DNA of 64,000 nucleotides from Candidatus Bathyarchaeota archaeon (GTDB lineage Archaea > Thermoproteota > Bathyarchaeia > Bathyarchaeales > Bathycorpusculaceae), in assembly GCA_963826715.1 (NCBI GenBank), contig CAWGYA010000008.1, forward strand, positions 992,001 to 1,056,000, written 5' to 3'. Under the pieces are notes generated by a model that was given only the letters and a program-made list of their open reading frames with translations, did no database searches and was not told the origin of the DNA. Each line of letters opens with the position of its first letter. The stretch's first letter is position 1. The translations under genes and the position numbers were made by a program. This document shows, piece after piece, positions 50,500-60,030 of this stretch.

Positions 50500-50545
50500 T
50501 ATTTCTTACGACTGAATTCTAACGTGGCATCAAGAACAAGCCATA

Positions 50546-51325
50546 CTACTCAAAAAACGATTCAAGTTTAGCTGTTTCTGCTTTCTTAAGTACCAAAGCG
50601 CATTCTTTCGGATCCAACGCCTTAAACTCTAAGTCCATAGAAATCAATAATCGCTGAACATCTTTAGCGAGACTCGGTGCAACTAATACTGCTCGGACAG
50701 GGCGATTAACTTTGGCCTTAATGGGTTCAATGTATTTTGCCAACTGTAACGCGGCTTCTTTGGAGGCTACTCTGCGTTTAACTTCAATAATGACAAGTTT
50801 GCCCTCTTTGTCTTCTCCGAAAATATCTACAAATCCGGGTTCAACCTTTTTTTCCCAACTTATGGGCTTGAAGCCTTCTTCGAAAAGCTGAGGTTTAAGC
50901 AGTATGGCTCGGTGCATGTCATCTTCGCTAGCATGCAACAGAAAGTCTCCGAAATCCACAAGTGCCAATGAGGAAACCATTAGAATTGACGAAAAAGTTA
51001 CTTTCACTTTTTCTCGGGGTTTCCCTCGCACGCCATGGATTTCTAGTTTGTTATCTTTGACTTCAACGTGGAAAATGCTGCCTGCAGGTTGCCAATTTAC
51101 GGGTTCATAACCGACTGGGCGATGCACCAAAAGTGCTCCATCGGATTTCACCAAAAGCAAGCGCTCGCCGTTTTCCAGCTTTGAGTTGGCTCTGCCTGTG
51201 TAGTTGACTTGGCAGTTACCTGCAACGATTAGAGTTCTGCGTTGTGCAAAGTTTTTTTCAATGAGGACTGCGGCTTCCTCTAAAGTGGGTTCTTTGAGTA
51301 CTTCAAGTTTGTTTGGTGGCTGCAT
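50546..51325 (-). CDS. nucs: Endonuclease NucS (EndoMS)
   Basis: C.V.Y.GRA.S.L..GERLL..K.DG..LVH, EPVNWQP, G.VDI...D and IIEVKR...A..QL.KY. Confidence 0.95.
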   Translation of the reverse strand: MQPPNKLEVLKEPTLEEAAVLIEKNFAQRRTLIVAGNCQVNYTGRANSKLENGERLLLVKSDGALLVHRPVGYEPVNWQPAGSIFHVEVKDNKLEIHGVRGKPREKVKVTFSSILMVSSLALVDFGDFLLHASEDDMHRAILLKPQLFEEGFKPISWEKKVEPGFVDIFGEDKEGKLVIIEVKRRVASKEAALQLAKYIEPIKAKVNRPVRAVLVAPSLAKDVQRLLISMDLEFKALDPKECALVLKKAETAKLESFFE

Positions 51326-51391
51326 ATTTTTTTCAGCTAATGTATTTTAGGTGGTGCAATGGTACATAAGATTTCTTGAGGCAAAAAAGTA

Positions 51392-51943
51392 TTGGCTTGG
51401 AAACAGAAGCGGCAGGTAATGCAGCGCTATGATGTTACAGCTCAGATGTATGATGAACGCTATTGTGCGGAACAGAGTCGAAAATACAAGAAAGCCCTCA
51501 AAAGTGTCGATGTGACTGATTTAACGGTTCTGGATGTGGGTTGTGGTTCAGGTAATTTTTTTGGAGAGATTGCTGAGAAAGCCAAGTTTGTGGTTGGTAT
51601 GGATGTGTCTCGGGGGTTGCTGAAGTTAGCTAAGGTGCAGGCGAAGATGTTTGATAACGTTTTTGTGGTGCAGGCAGATGCTGACCATTTGCCGTTTTGT
51701 AGTAGCGACTTGTTTGGGGCTGTTTTTCTGTTTACCGTGCTGCAAAATATGCCCACGCCCATTAGAACCCTCAAAGAGCTTAAGGGTGCTATTGTGATTG
51801 GTGGTTGGGTAGTTGTCAGTGGTCTCAAAAAGGCTTATGGGTTGGAGAAGTTCATGGATATTTTGGAATCAACAGGATGGCCGATAGTGGCGTTTGTGGA
51901 TGAAGAGGCTGTGAATTGCTATATCGCTGTGTTAGTCGCATAG
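51392..51943 (+). CDS. Class I SAM-dependent methyltransferase
   Basis: VLDVGCGSG, VGMDVS and ADADHLPF. Confidence 0.88.
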   Translation: MAWKQKRQVMQRYDVTAQMYDERYCAEQSRKYKKALKSVDVTDLTVLDVGCGSGNFFGEIAEKAKFVVGMDVSRGLLKLAKVQAKMFDNVFVVQADADHLPFCSSDLFGAVFLFTVLQNMPTPIRTLKELKGAIVIGGWVVVSGLKKAYGLEKFMDILESTGWPIVAFVDEEAVNCYIAVLVA

Positions 51944-52106
51944 CATCAGTCTATTCGCGATTATCGCGGAATTGATGGCGATTTTAGAGCAGCTAAAAAT
52001 GAGGCTACAGTAAATTTACAAATATGAGTCGCTTCAGTGTGCAGTTGATGCACTTTACAGTAATCCTTTACTGCCCTGGGACAATACCCTTCTTAGATGA
52101 AAAACT

Positions 52107-52610
52107 ATGTTGATTGGTGCCGTCTCGGATTCTCATGATAATTTGCCGTTAATAGAAAAAACAGTTCAAATTCTAAACAATCACAAAGTTGATTTGGTGC
52201 TTCATGCAGGTGACTTTGTAGCACCTTTTACAATAGTCAGATTCAATAAGCTTAACTGCCCCTTAATTGGAGTGTTTGGTAACAATGATGGTGACCATGA
52301 ACTTTTAAAATTGCGTTTCAGCGAAACCAAGAACTGCACTGTTCATGATCGTTTTGCCGAGATCACTGTGGAGGGCTACCGCGTAGCGTTGCTCCATGGA
52401 CACGAATCTGATTTACTTGCTGCTATAATTAACTCAGGGTACTTCGATTGCGTCGTGCATGGGCACTCCCACAATGCGGATATAGAACGCAAAGGCAAGA
52501 CCCTTGTGGTGAATCCCGGTGAGCTTTGCGGCTACCTCACAAATAAACCTAGTATAGCACTTATCGATACCGAGAAAAAAGAGGCAATTCACTTAATGTT
52601 AAATCTTTAA
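52107..52610 (+). CDS. YfcE/MJ0936-type metallophosphoesterase
   Basis: SDSHDN, HAGD, GNND, HG, GHSH and NPGE. Confidence 0.93.
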   Translation: MLIGAVSDSHDNLPLIEKTVQILNNHKVDLVLHAGDFVAPFTIVRFNKLNCPLIGVFGNNDGDHELLKLRFSETKNCTVHDRFAEITVEGYRVALLHGHESDLLAAIINSGYFDCVVHGHSHNADIERKGKTLVVNPGELCGYLTNKPSIALIDTEKKEAIHLMLNL

Positions 52611-52669
52611 CAGACTGTGCATTTTGCCGCTAAGTGACTTTTCCTGAAAACATTTAGTCGTGTGGCGTG

Positions 52670-53059
52670 TTATGAGTAAATTTCTACTATATCATTTTCA
52701 ATAGTGACTCGGTTGCCTGTTTTGATCTTGGATATATCGATTTTGTCGACGAATGGGATTTCACTGATGATGGCGCCAACTGCGACGATGGTTTCGGTTT
52801 CTTTGTTTATTAATGCTGCTGGGGCTGCGTTGTTCTTTTTGAGCCGGTAGAGTGTGTAGCTTCCAACGGTTGAGCCTTTACCCTGCGGGAACACTAGTAC
52901 TTTTCCTTTGACACTTATTCCACTGAGTTCGTGTCCTTTTTCGATCACGATACCTGTGTTGGGGTCAACGCCTCCATAGAACGAGATAGGCATGGAGGTT
53001 ACTAGTGCTTCGCCTTCTGTTTTCCCTTTGAAGATTATTCGTCCCTTTAGTTGTTCCAT
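52670..53059 (-). CDS. Aconitase X swivel subunit (phosphomevalonate dehydratase small subunit)
   Basis: ISFYGGVDP.TG, GKVLVFP.GKGSTVGSY. Confidence 0.92.
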   Translation of the reverse strand: MEQLKGRIIFKGKTEGEALVTSMPISFYGGVDPNTGIVIEKGHELSGISVKGKVLVFPQGKGSTVGSYTLYRLKKNNAAPAALINKETETIVAVGAIISEIPFVDKIDISKIKTGNRVTIENDIVEIYS

Positions 53060-54246
53060 TTTCCAGTCACCGCTGCATTAACACATTCTTCCATGCTGCC
53101 CATCTTGGTTTTCATTAGGTTCTGCCGTGAATAGAAGCAGCCTTTCGCTGACGTGGTCGCCAATGACTTAAACCTGCCCTTTAGTGGAGCTACAGCCATG
53201 CAGGTGTCACACGCGAATTTACCGCCTGCGGCTTCTATTATCGCAGTATAACCGCGTTTATCAGCAAGTTGTTTTGCTGTTCGAGAGGTCGCCACCCAAA
53301 GCTCTGTACCCTGCGCCACTTTTTTGTCTTCAAGTAAGGTTGCGATTTCGGAGATTTCTTTTACTGAACAGTGGGGGCAGCCAAGGCAGACAAGTTCTAT
53401 ATCGTTTATATCATCGTTTATGGCGTCGTAGGCTATTTTGAGGTCGCCCTGGTCAACGGTGAAGGTAGTACTGGGTTGTTTTTGGAGTTCTGAGCCTGGA
53501 GTTATACCTTTGATATAGAAAAGGGGTTTCGCACCATATGTTACTACGGATGCACAGAAGCTTTTAAGTTCATCAAGTTGTGCGGTTTTAATTCCTGTGA
53601 TGTAAGGAATTTTATTCTCCGCTTTCTTGCCAATCATATAGCCCAGTGCCCCCCAATCCGATAGTTTGCTCAATTCAGCGTTTACCTGGATGTGAACATC
53701 GGGTACCCGATTCTCATCAAGGTGCAAACCGTAATTGGGAGTTTTTCCCACAAATGCTGCTGCCAACGCAGATGGTCCACCTTCACGGTTCGTTTTTGCA
53801 CCCAATACAGAGTTAGCGAATGTGACTGCGCTGCTCTCTGACCATGCAATATGCTCACCGTAAAGAGGCAAATTTCCGATAAGGTAGGGCGTGCAGGTGC
53901 AGCTGATAAGTATGCCCATGCGTTGAAAAGCGTCAATAACGAGGTTCTGTTTTTCGGCGAATTCAGGGCTTATACCGAGTTGTTGCCAATTTTCGAGGTC
54001 CATACCTGCGGGGTTGAGGGTAGTCTGGACTTTGACTCTGCCGTCGGCCGCGAGAGAATTAAGAAACTCTAGTCCCGCGTCGCCAAGGTTGTGATATGAG
54101 ACGCCTGCAACTTGGACGCTGCCTACCTCAATTAGGTTTTTTGCACCGAAAATCTCTCCTAGCGCAACTAAAATTTCCATACTCTTGCGCACTGCATAGC
54201 CTTCGGCGCCGTCCAGCATGATTTGTTCCTGTTTTGTCAGTTCCAT
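53047..54246 (-). CDS. Aconitase X catalytic subunit (phosphomevalonate dehydratase large subunit)
   Basis: GVSY, TTLNP, CTCTPY, WSESSA...NSV.GA.TNREGG, GCPH, DTC and SAK. Confidence 0.93.
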   Translation of the reverse strand: MELTKQEQIMLDGAEGYAVRKSMEILVALGEIFGAKNLIEVGSVQVAGVSYHNLGDAGLEFLNSLAADGRVKVQTTLNPAGMDLENWQQLGISPEFAEKQNLVIDAFQRMGILISCTCTPYLIGNLPLYGEHIAWSESSAVTFANSVLGAKTNREGGPSALAAAFVGKTPNYGLHLDENRVPDVHIQVNAELSKLSDWGALGYMIGKKAENKIPYITGIKTAQLDELKSFCASVVTYGAKPLFYIKGITPGSELQKQPSTTFTVDQGDLKIAYDAINDDINDIELVCLGCPHCSVKEISEIATLLEDKKVAQGTELWVATSRTAKQLADKRGYTAIIEAAGGKFACDTCMAVAPLKGRFKSLATTSAKGCFYSRQNLMKTKMGSMEECVNAAVTGKWNN

Positions 54247-54255
54247 ATCTATCAC

Positions 54256-55566
54256 TTAGACGTACTTTCTTAAGTCAACTTTGATGTAATCAACTTTACT
54301 AAAGCCTTTGCCAGTTGAAACCAGAGGTGCCGTCGCATCTAAGCCTGCTTTTGCAGTAGTCGCTTTTTTGCCCTCTGAGAGATCCCCTGATGGGTCCAGT
54401 GATGAGCCGGGCTGGTTGCTGAGAATGATAGAGTTTTTATCAGCTTGGAAACGGGTGGCAATTGCCCATTCTACATCGTGTGGGTCATAGATGTTAATGT
54501 CTTCATCTACAATGACGCAGTGTTTCAGTGAGCCGTGACCTTTGAAGGTGGCCGCTATTGCTTTTTTGCCATCTTCTGCATCTTGTTTTTTGATTTGGAC
54601 TACGGCGTGGAGCCAACTGCATCCTCCGGGTGTGATGTAAACGTCTTTGCATTGGCACACTTTGTTAACTTCTTTAAAGATAGTGGGTTCTTTAGGCATG
54701 CCCATGAGGAATTTGTGTTCATTTCGGCCAGCCAAAATCGTTTGGTAAATTGGGTTTTTTCGGTGGGTTATGCATTTGATTTCGACAATGGGTTGCTGGC
54801 GGGTTCGGTCTACGATGCCTGTTAAGTCAAGGAAGGGCCCCTCTGTGGCTTTCTCTTTGGTTATTTTGCCTTCGAGGACGAATTCGCAATCGGCGGGGAC
54901 TTCAGTCTCAATAGTTTTGCATTTTACAATATCTGTTTTTTCCAGCGCGTTTGCCATACCTAGTTCATCAATTCCCATAGGCATGGTAGTGGCTGCTGAA
55001 AGCAATGTTGATGTGGCGTTGCCGATGCAGATCGCAATGTCCAATTCGCCTCCTGCTTTTTTGAGTATAGTATCGGTGCCGCGGTTTTCTACTATACGGG
55101 CTACGAATTGGTTTTTGTCTTTAAGCATCAATCGATGGAAGCACATGTTTCGGTTGCCTGTTTCGGGGTCTTTAACTATTGATACTGCTGAGGCTATGTA
55201 TTTGCCGCCGTCTTGGTTAGTGTATTGCATGATGGGTAGTTTAGTTAAGTCTACTTCGTTTTCAACTACTTCTTGGCAGGTTGCATTGGAGATTTTCTGA
55301 GGTGATTGGGGATTTTCTATTGCGCTTAATAGTTTTGGCAAAAGTTGCTCTTTGGTTATCCCCATGGAGCGGCAGATGAGTTCTTTTGAAGAAACCAGAC
55401 CAGCTATCACAGGGTATTTAGATTCCATTACATTCTCGAAATAAACTGGTTTTTCCCCGAGTGCTGCGATTATACCTGCCATCTCATATTCGGCTGTTAC
55501 GGGTTTAGTAATTTTTGTTAATTCACCATTTTTTTGGAGTTGGTGGATGAATTCTCTTAAGCCCAT
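54256..55566 (-). CDS. UbiD-family decarboxylase (anhydromevalonate-phosphate decarboxylase by context)
   Basis: DGG.YI, HR, EGPF.D.TG, GGC.WLH, VDEDI, VEWAIATRFQ and SSLDPS; operon with AcnX. Confidence 0.9.
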   Translation of the reverse strand: MGLREFIHQLQKNGELTKITKPVTAEYEMAGIIAALGEKPVYFENVMESKYPVIAGLVSSKELICRSMGITKEQLLPKLLSAIENPQSPQKISNATCQEVVENEVDLTKLPIMQYTNQDGGKYIASAVSIVKDPETGNRNMCFHRLMLKDKNQFVARIVENRGTDTILKKAGGELDIAICIGNATSTLLSAATTMPMGIDELGMANALEKTDIVKCKTIETEVPADCEFVLEGKITKEKATEGPFLDLTGIVDRTRQQPIVEIKCITHRKNPIYQTILAGRNEHKFLMGMPKEPTIFKEVNKVCQCKDVYITPGGCSWLHAVVQIKKQDAEDGKKAIAATFKGHGSLKHCVIVDEDINIYDPHDVEWAIATRFQADKNSIILSNQPGSSLDPSGDLSEGKKATTAKAGLDATAPLVSTGKGFSKVDYIKVDLRKYV

Positions 55567-55849
55567 CGTGGTTCGCCTTTTGGTCCAACTTTATACTTGA
55601 TTGTTTCTTAAAAAACAATCGCATAGTTAAAAATTGGGCTATTTCTCTAAGTGAGTTTAAATCCTTGAATGAGAGTTATACGTTGTAAGTCAGTGGTTTT
55701 GGAACGGTAAAATGCTAAGTCTTCAATCTTACAATCAAATTCATATCAGATTTGTCTCTAAGATAAAAAGCAATTTCCCGTATTTCCATAAAAAACTAAC
55801 TCTGACTTCAGTATAAAACGGTTAATTAAAGATATTGAGGAAAAATAAA

Positions 55850-57490
55850 ATGGCATATTTAACGCAAACCCAGAGTGGTCAACCAGTTCTCATCTTGAAA
55901 GAAGGAACATCTCGAAGCAGAGGCAAAGAAGCCCAAAGAAACAACATTATGGCCGCTCGAGTAGTCGGTGAAGTACTAAAAACCACTCTGGGTCCAAGAG
56001 GCATGGATAAAATGTTAATCGATAGCCTAGGCGACATAACAATAACCAATGATGGTGCCACAATTTTAAAGGAAATAGATGTGGAGCATCCCGCTGCAAA
56101 AATGATGATTGAAATCGCAAAAACTCAAGACGACATGGTGGGCGATGGAACTACAAGTGCTGTCGTACTTGCAAGTGAGTTACTCAAAAAAGCCGAGGAA
56201 CTACTTGACCAAAACATACACCCAATCATACTCGTAGCAGGATATCGTAAAGCAGCACAAAAAGCAATGGAAATAATTGAGAAAAATGCTGTGGGTATCG
56301 ATGTTGAGGATCAAAAAATGATGATGAAAGTTGCTTTGACGTCAATGGGAAGCAAAGCAGTGGGTGGTGCTAAAGAGCACTTTGCAAAAATAGCAATTGA
56401 AGCTGTCAAGCAAGTGTCTGAAAAGCATGCTGATAAGGTAATAGCAGACATAGATAACGTACAACTGGTAAAGAAGACGGGTAAAAGCCTAATCGAGACA
56501 CAACTCGTTAGAGGTATAATCATCGACAAAGAAATCGTACATTCAGGGATGCCCAAAAAGAAAGAAAACGCTAAAATCGCGCTTATAGATATGGCCTTAG
56601 AGATTGAAAAAACTGAAATGACTGCGGAAATACGCATACATGAGCCAAATCAGATGAAAGCTTTTCTAGATCAAGAGGATAGCACACTCAAAGAGATGGT
56701 GACCAAGATTAAAACTTCAGGCGCAGATATTGTATTCTCTCAGAAAGGCATTGACGACATTGTTCAGCACTTCCTTGCGAAAGAAGGCATTATTGCTGCA
56801 CGTAGAGTCAAAGAGTCAGACATGGAAAAACTCGCAAGAGCAACAGGTGGACGAGTAAGTTCTAACTTGAATGATTTAAAGCCAGGAGACTTGGGTTTTG
56901 CGGGGTTAGTGGAGGAACGTAAAATTGGCGACGACAAAATGATTTTTGTGGAAAAATGCAAAGATCCTCATTCTGTAGCCATATTGATACGGGCAGGACT
57001 TGAAAGAATGGTGGATGAAGCTGAAAGAGTAATTATCGATGCGTTATCAGTAATTTCAGACGTTACAGAAAACAATAAAATCGTGGCTGGCGGCGGAGCA
57101 ATCGAAATGGAAATCGCAAAAGAACTAAGAAACTACTCAATCAAAGTCGGCGGAAGACAACAAATGGCAGTAGAAGCTTTTGCGGATGCAGTCGAAGTAA
57201 TCCCACGGACACTTGCAGAGAATGGAGGCTTAGAAGCAATGGATATACTCATAGAATTACGTCAAGTTCACGATAAAGGAGACGGCAAATTCATGGGCAT
57301 TAACATCTTTACTGGCAAACTGCAAAATAGCGTTGAAAACGGAATTATCGAACCAATAGTGGTTAAAGAGCAAGCTATAAAATCAGCAGCCGAATCAGCA
57401 GCTATGATACTACGTGTAGACGATATTATCACAGCCAAATCGCCCAAAGGTGGTCCAGGAGGTATGCCTGGCGGTATGGGTGGAGAATAA
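55850..57490 (+). CDS. ths: Thermosome (group II chaperonin) subunit, paralog 2
   Basis: Same motifs as paralog 1; ATG at 55850. Confidence 0.97.
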   Translation: MAYLTQTQSGQPVLILKEGTSRSRGKEAQRNNIMAARVVGEVLKTTLGPRGMDKMLIDSLGDITITNDGATILKEIDVEHPAAKMMIEIAKTQDDMVGDGTTSAVVLASELLKKAEELLDQNIHPIILVAGYRKAAQKAMEIIEKNAVGIDVEDQKMMMKVALTSMGSKAVGGAKEHFAKIAIEAVKQVSEKHADKVIADIDNVQLVKKTGKSLIETQLVRGIIIDKEIVHSGMPKKKENAKIALIDMALEIEKTEMTAEIRIHEPNQMKAFLDQEDSTLKEMVTKIKTSGADIVFSQKGIDDIVQHFLAKEGIIAARRVKESDMEKLARATGGRVSSNLNDLKPGDLGFAGLVEERKIGDDKMIFVEKCKDPHSVAILIRAGLERMVDEAERVIIDALSVISDVTENNKIVAGGGAIEMEIAKELRNYSIKVGGRQQMAVEAFADAVEVIPRTLAENGGLEAMDILIELRQVHDKGDGKFMGINIFTGKLQNSVENGIIEPIVVKEQAIKSAAESAAMILRVDDIITAKSPKGGPGGMPGGMGGE

Positions 57491-57764
57491 TTTTTCTCCC
57501 CTTATTTTTGACTAAGAAACGCTTTTTGTTGTACCGTAAAAAAATTGCCTTGTTGGTCATGAAAAATAAGGCTGTTTTTCACAGTGAACTCTCAATTTGC
57601 TTATTGTCAACTCTCTGTTTTGTCTACATTAAAAACCCTCTCAAATACTATTCCATTATTATTGTTTTGGCTCAAGAGGGCGTTAGGTTTAAAGGAAAGT
57701 AAGAGTATCTTCAATAAAAAGCTGGTAACTTTTAAAAGGTTTCAAAACTTTAGCTGGTTTAAGG

Positions 57765-58793
57765 ATGAAGCAAGTATCCAATAATTCTGTTCTTGAAAAT
57801 AATTCTCACCATTTCTCGGAAAAATTTCGGATGGGCTTCAGAGTTTATAGCGGTTTGATCTCAAATTTGTGCGGTGTGAGGGCTCCAATCTTTTGCGGGC
57901 ACAAGTTGACCTACAATTGTAATTTACAATGCAAAATGTGTCCTTTCTGGAAAAGAAGCAGCCCCAACTCAAGTTTGAACCAGGAAAAATTAATTATAAA
58001 AGAGATTTACAATTCTGGTGCCTGCGGAGTTGCCTTTGAAGGCGGGGAACCGCTTCTTAGAAATGATTTGGCTGAAATTCTGGCTTTCTCCAGGTCTTTA
58101 CCTTTGCATACCAGCCTTATAACTAACGGGACTTTGCTCGCAGCCAGAATAGATGAGATAGCTCCACATATTAACGGTGTTGTTTATGTTTCCTTAGATG
58201 GTCAAGAAAAAACTCATGATGCTATCCGAGGAGTAAGTGGTAGCTTTCGAAAAGCAATACAAGGAATAGAATCGGCGAAAGAAAAAGTTGCTGTAACCAT
58301 AAACACCACTGTCATGGATGATAATATAAATGAAATAGAAGGAATGGTAGAGTTAGCTAAGGAGTTGGGTATTAAAATATCTTTAGCTGTAGCCCACGAA
58401 TACTGCACCGCCAACGTATCCTCACCTGCAACTGACAAAATACCAAAAATAGCCCATACTCTTATACAAATGAAGCAGGAAGGTTATCCAATAGTCAATT
58501 CAATCGGTTACTTCAAGGTGATAGCTAAAGAGAAAAAATGGCAATGCCGCCCCTGGGCGATGGTAAACGTTGATCCCCATGGAAACCTGGTTTTGCCCTG
58601 CTATGTCCACAAAGATTACGCGAGCGGCACCTCTATCTTTGAAAAAGGTATCAAAAGAGCATTATCTGATTTTGATTGGAAAAAAATAGAAAACTGCCAA
58701 AGATGCAATCTTCATTGTTATGTTGAGCCTTCGTTAGTGCTTTCACGAGAAATCAGTGCGTATATGCATTGGGCATTTCGTGTAAACTTGTAA
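57765..58793 (+). CDS. Radical SAM protein with C-terminal SPASM/twitch-like Cys motifs
   Basis: CNLQCKMC, GGEPLLR, TNG, VSLDG...HD.IRG; C..PW...D..G...PC and CQRC..HC. Start may be the ATG at 57831. Confidence 0.9.
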   Translation: MKQVSNNSVLENNSHHFSEKFRMGFRVYSGLISNLCGVRAPIFCGHKLTYNCNLQCKMCPFWKRSSPNSSLNQEKLIIKEIYNSGACGVAFEGGEPLLRNDLAEILAFSRSLPLHTSLITNGTLLAARIDEIAPHINGVVYVSLDGQEKTHDAIRGVSGSFRKAIQGIESAKEKVAVTINTTVMDDNINEIEGMVELAKELGIKISLAVAHEYCTANVSSPATDKIPKIAHTLIQMKQEGYPIVNSIGYFKVIAKEKKWQCRPWAMVNVDPHGNLVLPCYVHKDYASGTSIFEKGIKRALSDFDWKKIENCQRCNLHCYVEPSLVLSREISAYMHWAFRVNL

Positions 58794-59294
58794 CTCAAAG
58801 GTTTAGCGATCACAACACTGACGTTGATTTTATTGATTATAATTCTGCAATTTATGACTAATATTCATTTTAGTGGTGGCCTGGTAGTTCCCTGTTTGCT
58901 CGGAAACGAACAAGAAGTCCACCGCTATTTAGGGATTAAGAAAAAAAGCTGTTTAGCAGGTGCAATCCGAAAAAATACTTCTTGGTAAACTTGCTTTCAA
59001 TGATATATTCTTTGAAGCGAAAATACGCTTATTAAAGGCATTACATCAAATACGCATGGGCAAAGCATTTGAGCGAGAAAGAATTCACACAGATGTTAGT
59101 CGAAGCTGGATATTCTGAACGGTTAGCTACTATTATAGAGAAGTGGTATAGTTCGCATTAAAGTCTTCCCAAAAATTGGGTCTAACTTGTGGAACGAAGC
59201 CAATAGTTTAAAAACGCGAGGATAAGAAAAGATAGTATTATAGTCATCAAAAACTGATTGACTTTTGATGAAATTGAACAAAATTCTATATTGG

Positions 59295-60029
59295 TTATAC
59301 AATATGGCCAACTACACTTAGGTAGATTGTGCTTTCTTTCTCTCCATTAACACCTACAACTGAATTAACTGCATCATCAAAAAACGCACCTATTTGGCAT
59401 GATCCGCAGGATATGCTCGTCGCAGCCAAAGCCAAGTTTTCTGCTATATGCCCGGCATCCAAATATATGTAGCGATAAGCCCTTTGGGCGTATTTCCACT
59501 TTGACCTCTCAAAAATAGCAGTCCAAACAAAAACCACCGCCGCAGTAGCACAAATTGATTGCCCTAAAGCAGCTTGCGATAAGTCCGAACCAAACTTTCC
59601 AGATTTCAATAACTCCAACGAGTGGTCTTTTATGTTATAGTGATAGACCCCTTTTTCAAGATTCTCAACCGTGTTAACAACTAAGTATGTTTCGATAGGA
59701 TAGAGCGCTCCGGCTGAGGGTGCGGTTCTGAACTCGTAGTTCTTATCTATTCTCTGGATACCTGTCGACGCCCAAAGTAAAAATGCCAATTCGGATTTTT
59801 TTAAAGGTTCGCTTGAAAAAGTCCGAATACTTTTTCGATTACTAAGGATTGTAGCAAAATAATTTTTGCCATCAGAGGTTGGAATTGGTAAAGGTTCAGT
59901 TTTTATTTGAGAATATGTTTTGTAGGTTTCTGGTTTGGTTGTCCAATTCAAACTTGGTGGGAACCTCGTGTCCCGAGTGTATTTGGTAGCTTTTTGAAAA
60001 TCGTCTCCTACAGTTGACATATTTTCCAT
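59295..60029 (-). CDS. SagB/ThcOx-type nitroreductase-fold flavoprotein
   Basis: RKSIR.F, RTAPSAGALYP.E.Y, KY..RAYRY..LDAGH..EN and IGAF.D. Confidence 0.92.
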   Translation of the reverse strand: MENMSTVGDDFQKATKYTRDTRFPPSLNWTTKPETYKTYSQIKTEPLPIPTSDGKNYFATILSNRKSIRTFSSEPLKKSELAFLLWASTGIQRIDKNYEFRTAPSAGALYPIETYLVVNTVENLEKGVYHYNIKDHSLELLKSGKFGSDLSQAALGQSICATAAVVFVWTAIFERSKWKYAQRAYRYIYLDAGHIAENLALAATSISCGSCQIGAFFDDAVNSVVGVNGEKESTIYLSVVGHIV

Positions 60030-60030
60030 A

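Noticed and set aside
52670-55566. AcnX-UbiD operon as a novel pathway
   Set aside because: It matches the already described archaeal mevalonate pathway (phosphomevalonate dehydratase plus anhydromevalonate-phosphate decarboxylase).
57765-60029. RiPP cluster from radical SAM plus SagB-type oxidase
   Set aside because: The genes are convergent, with no YcaO, transporter or adjacent precursor; stand-alone SagB-like nitroreductases are common in archaea.
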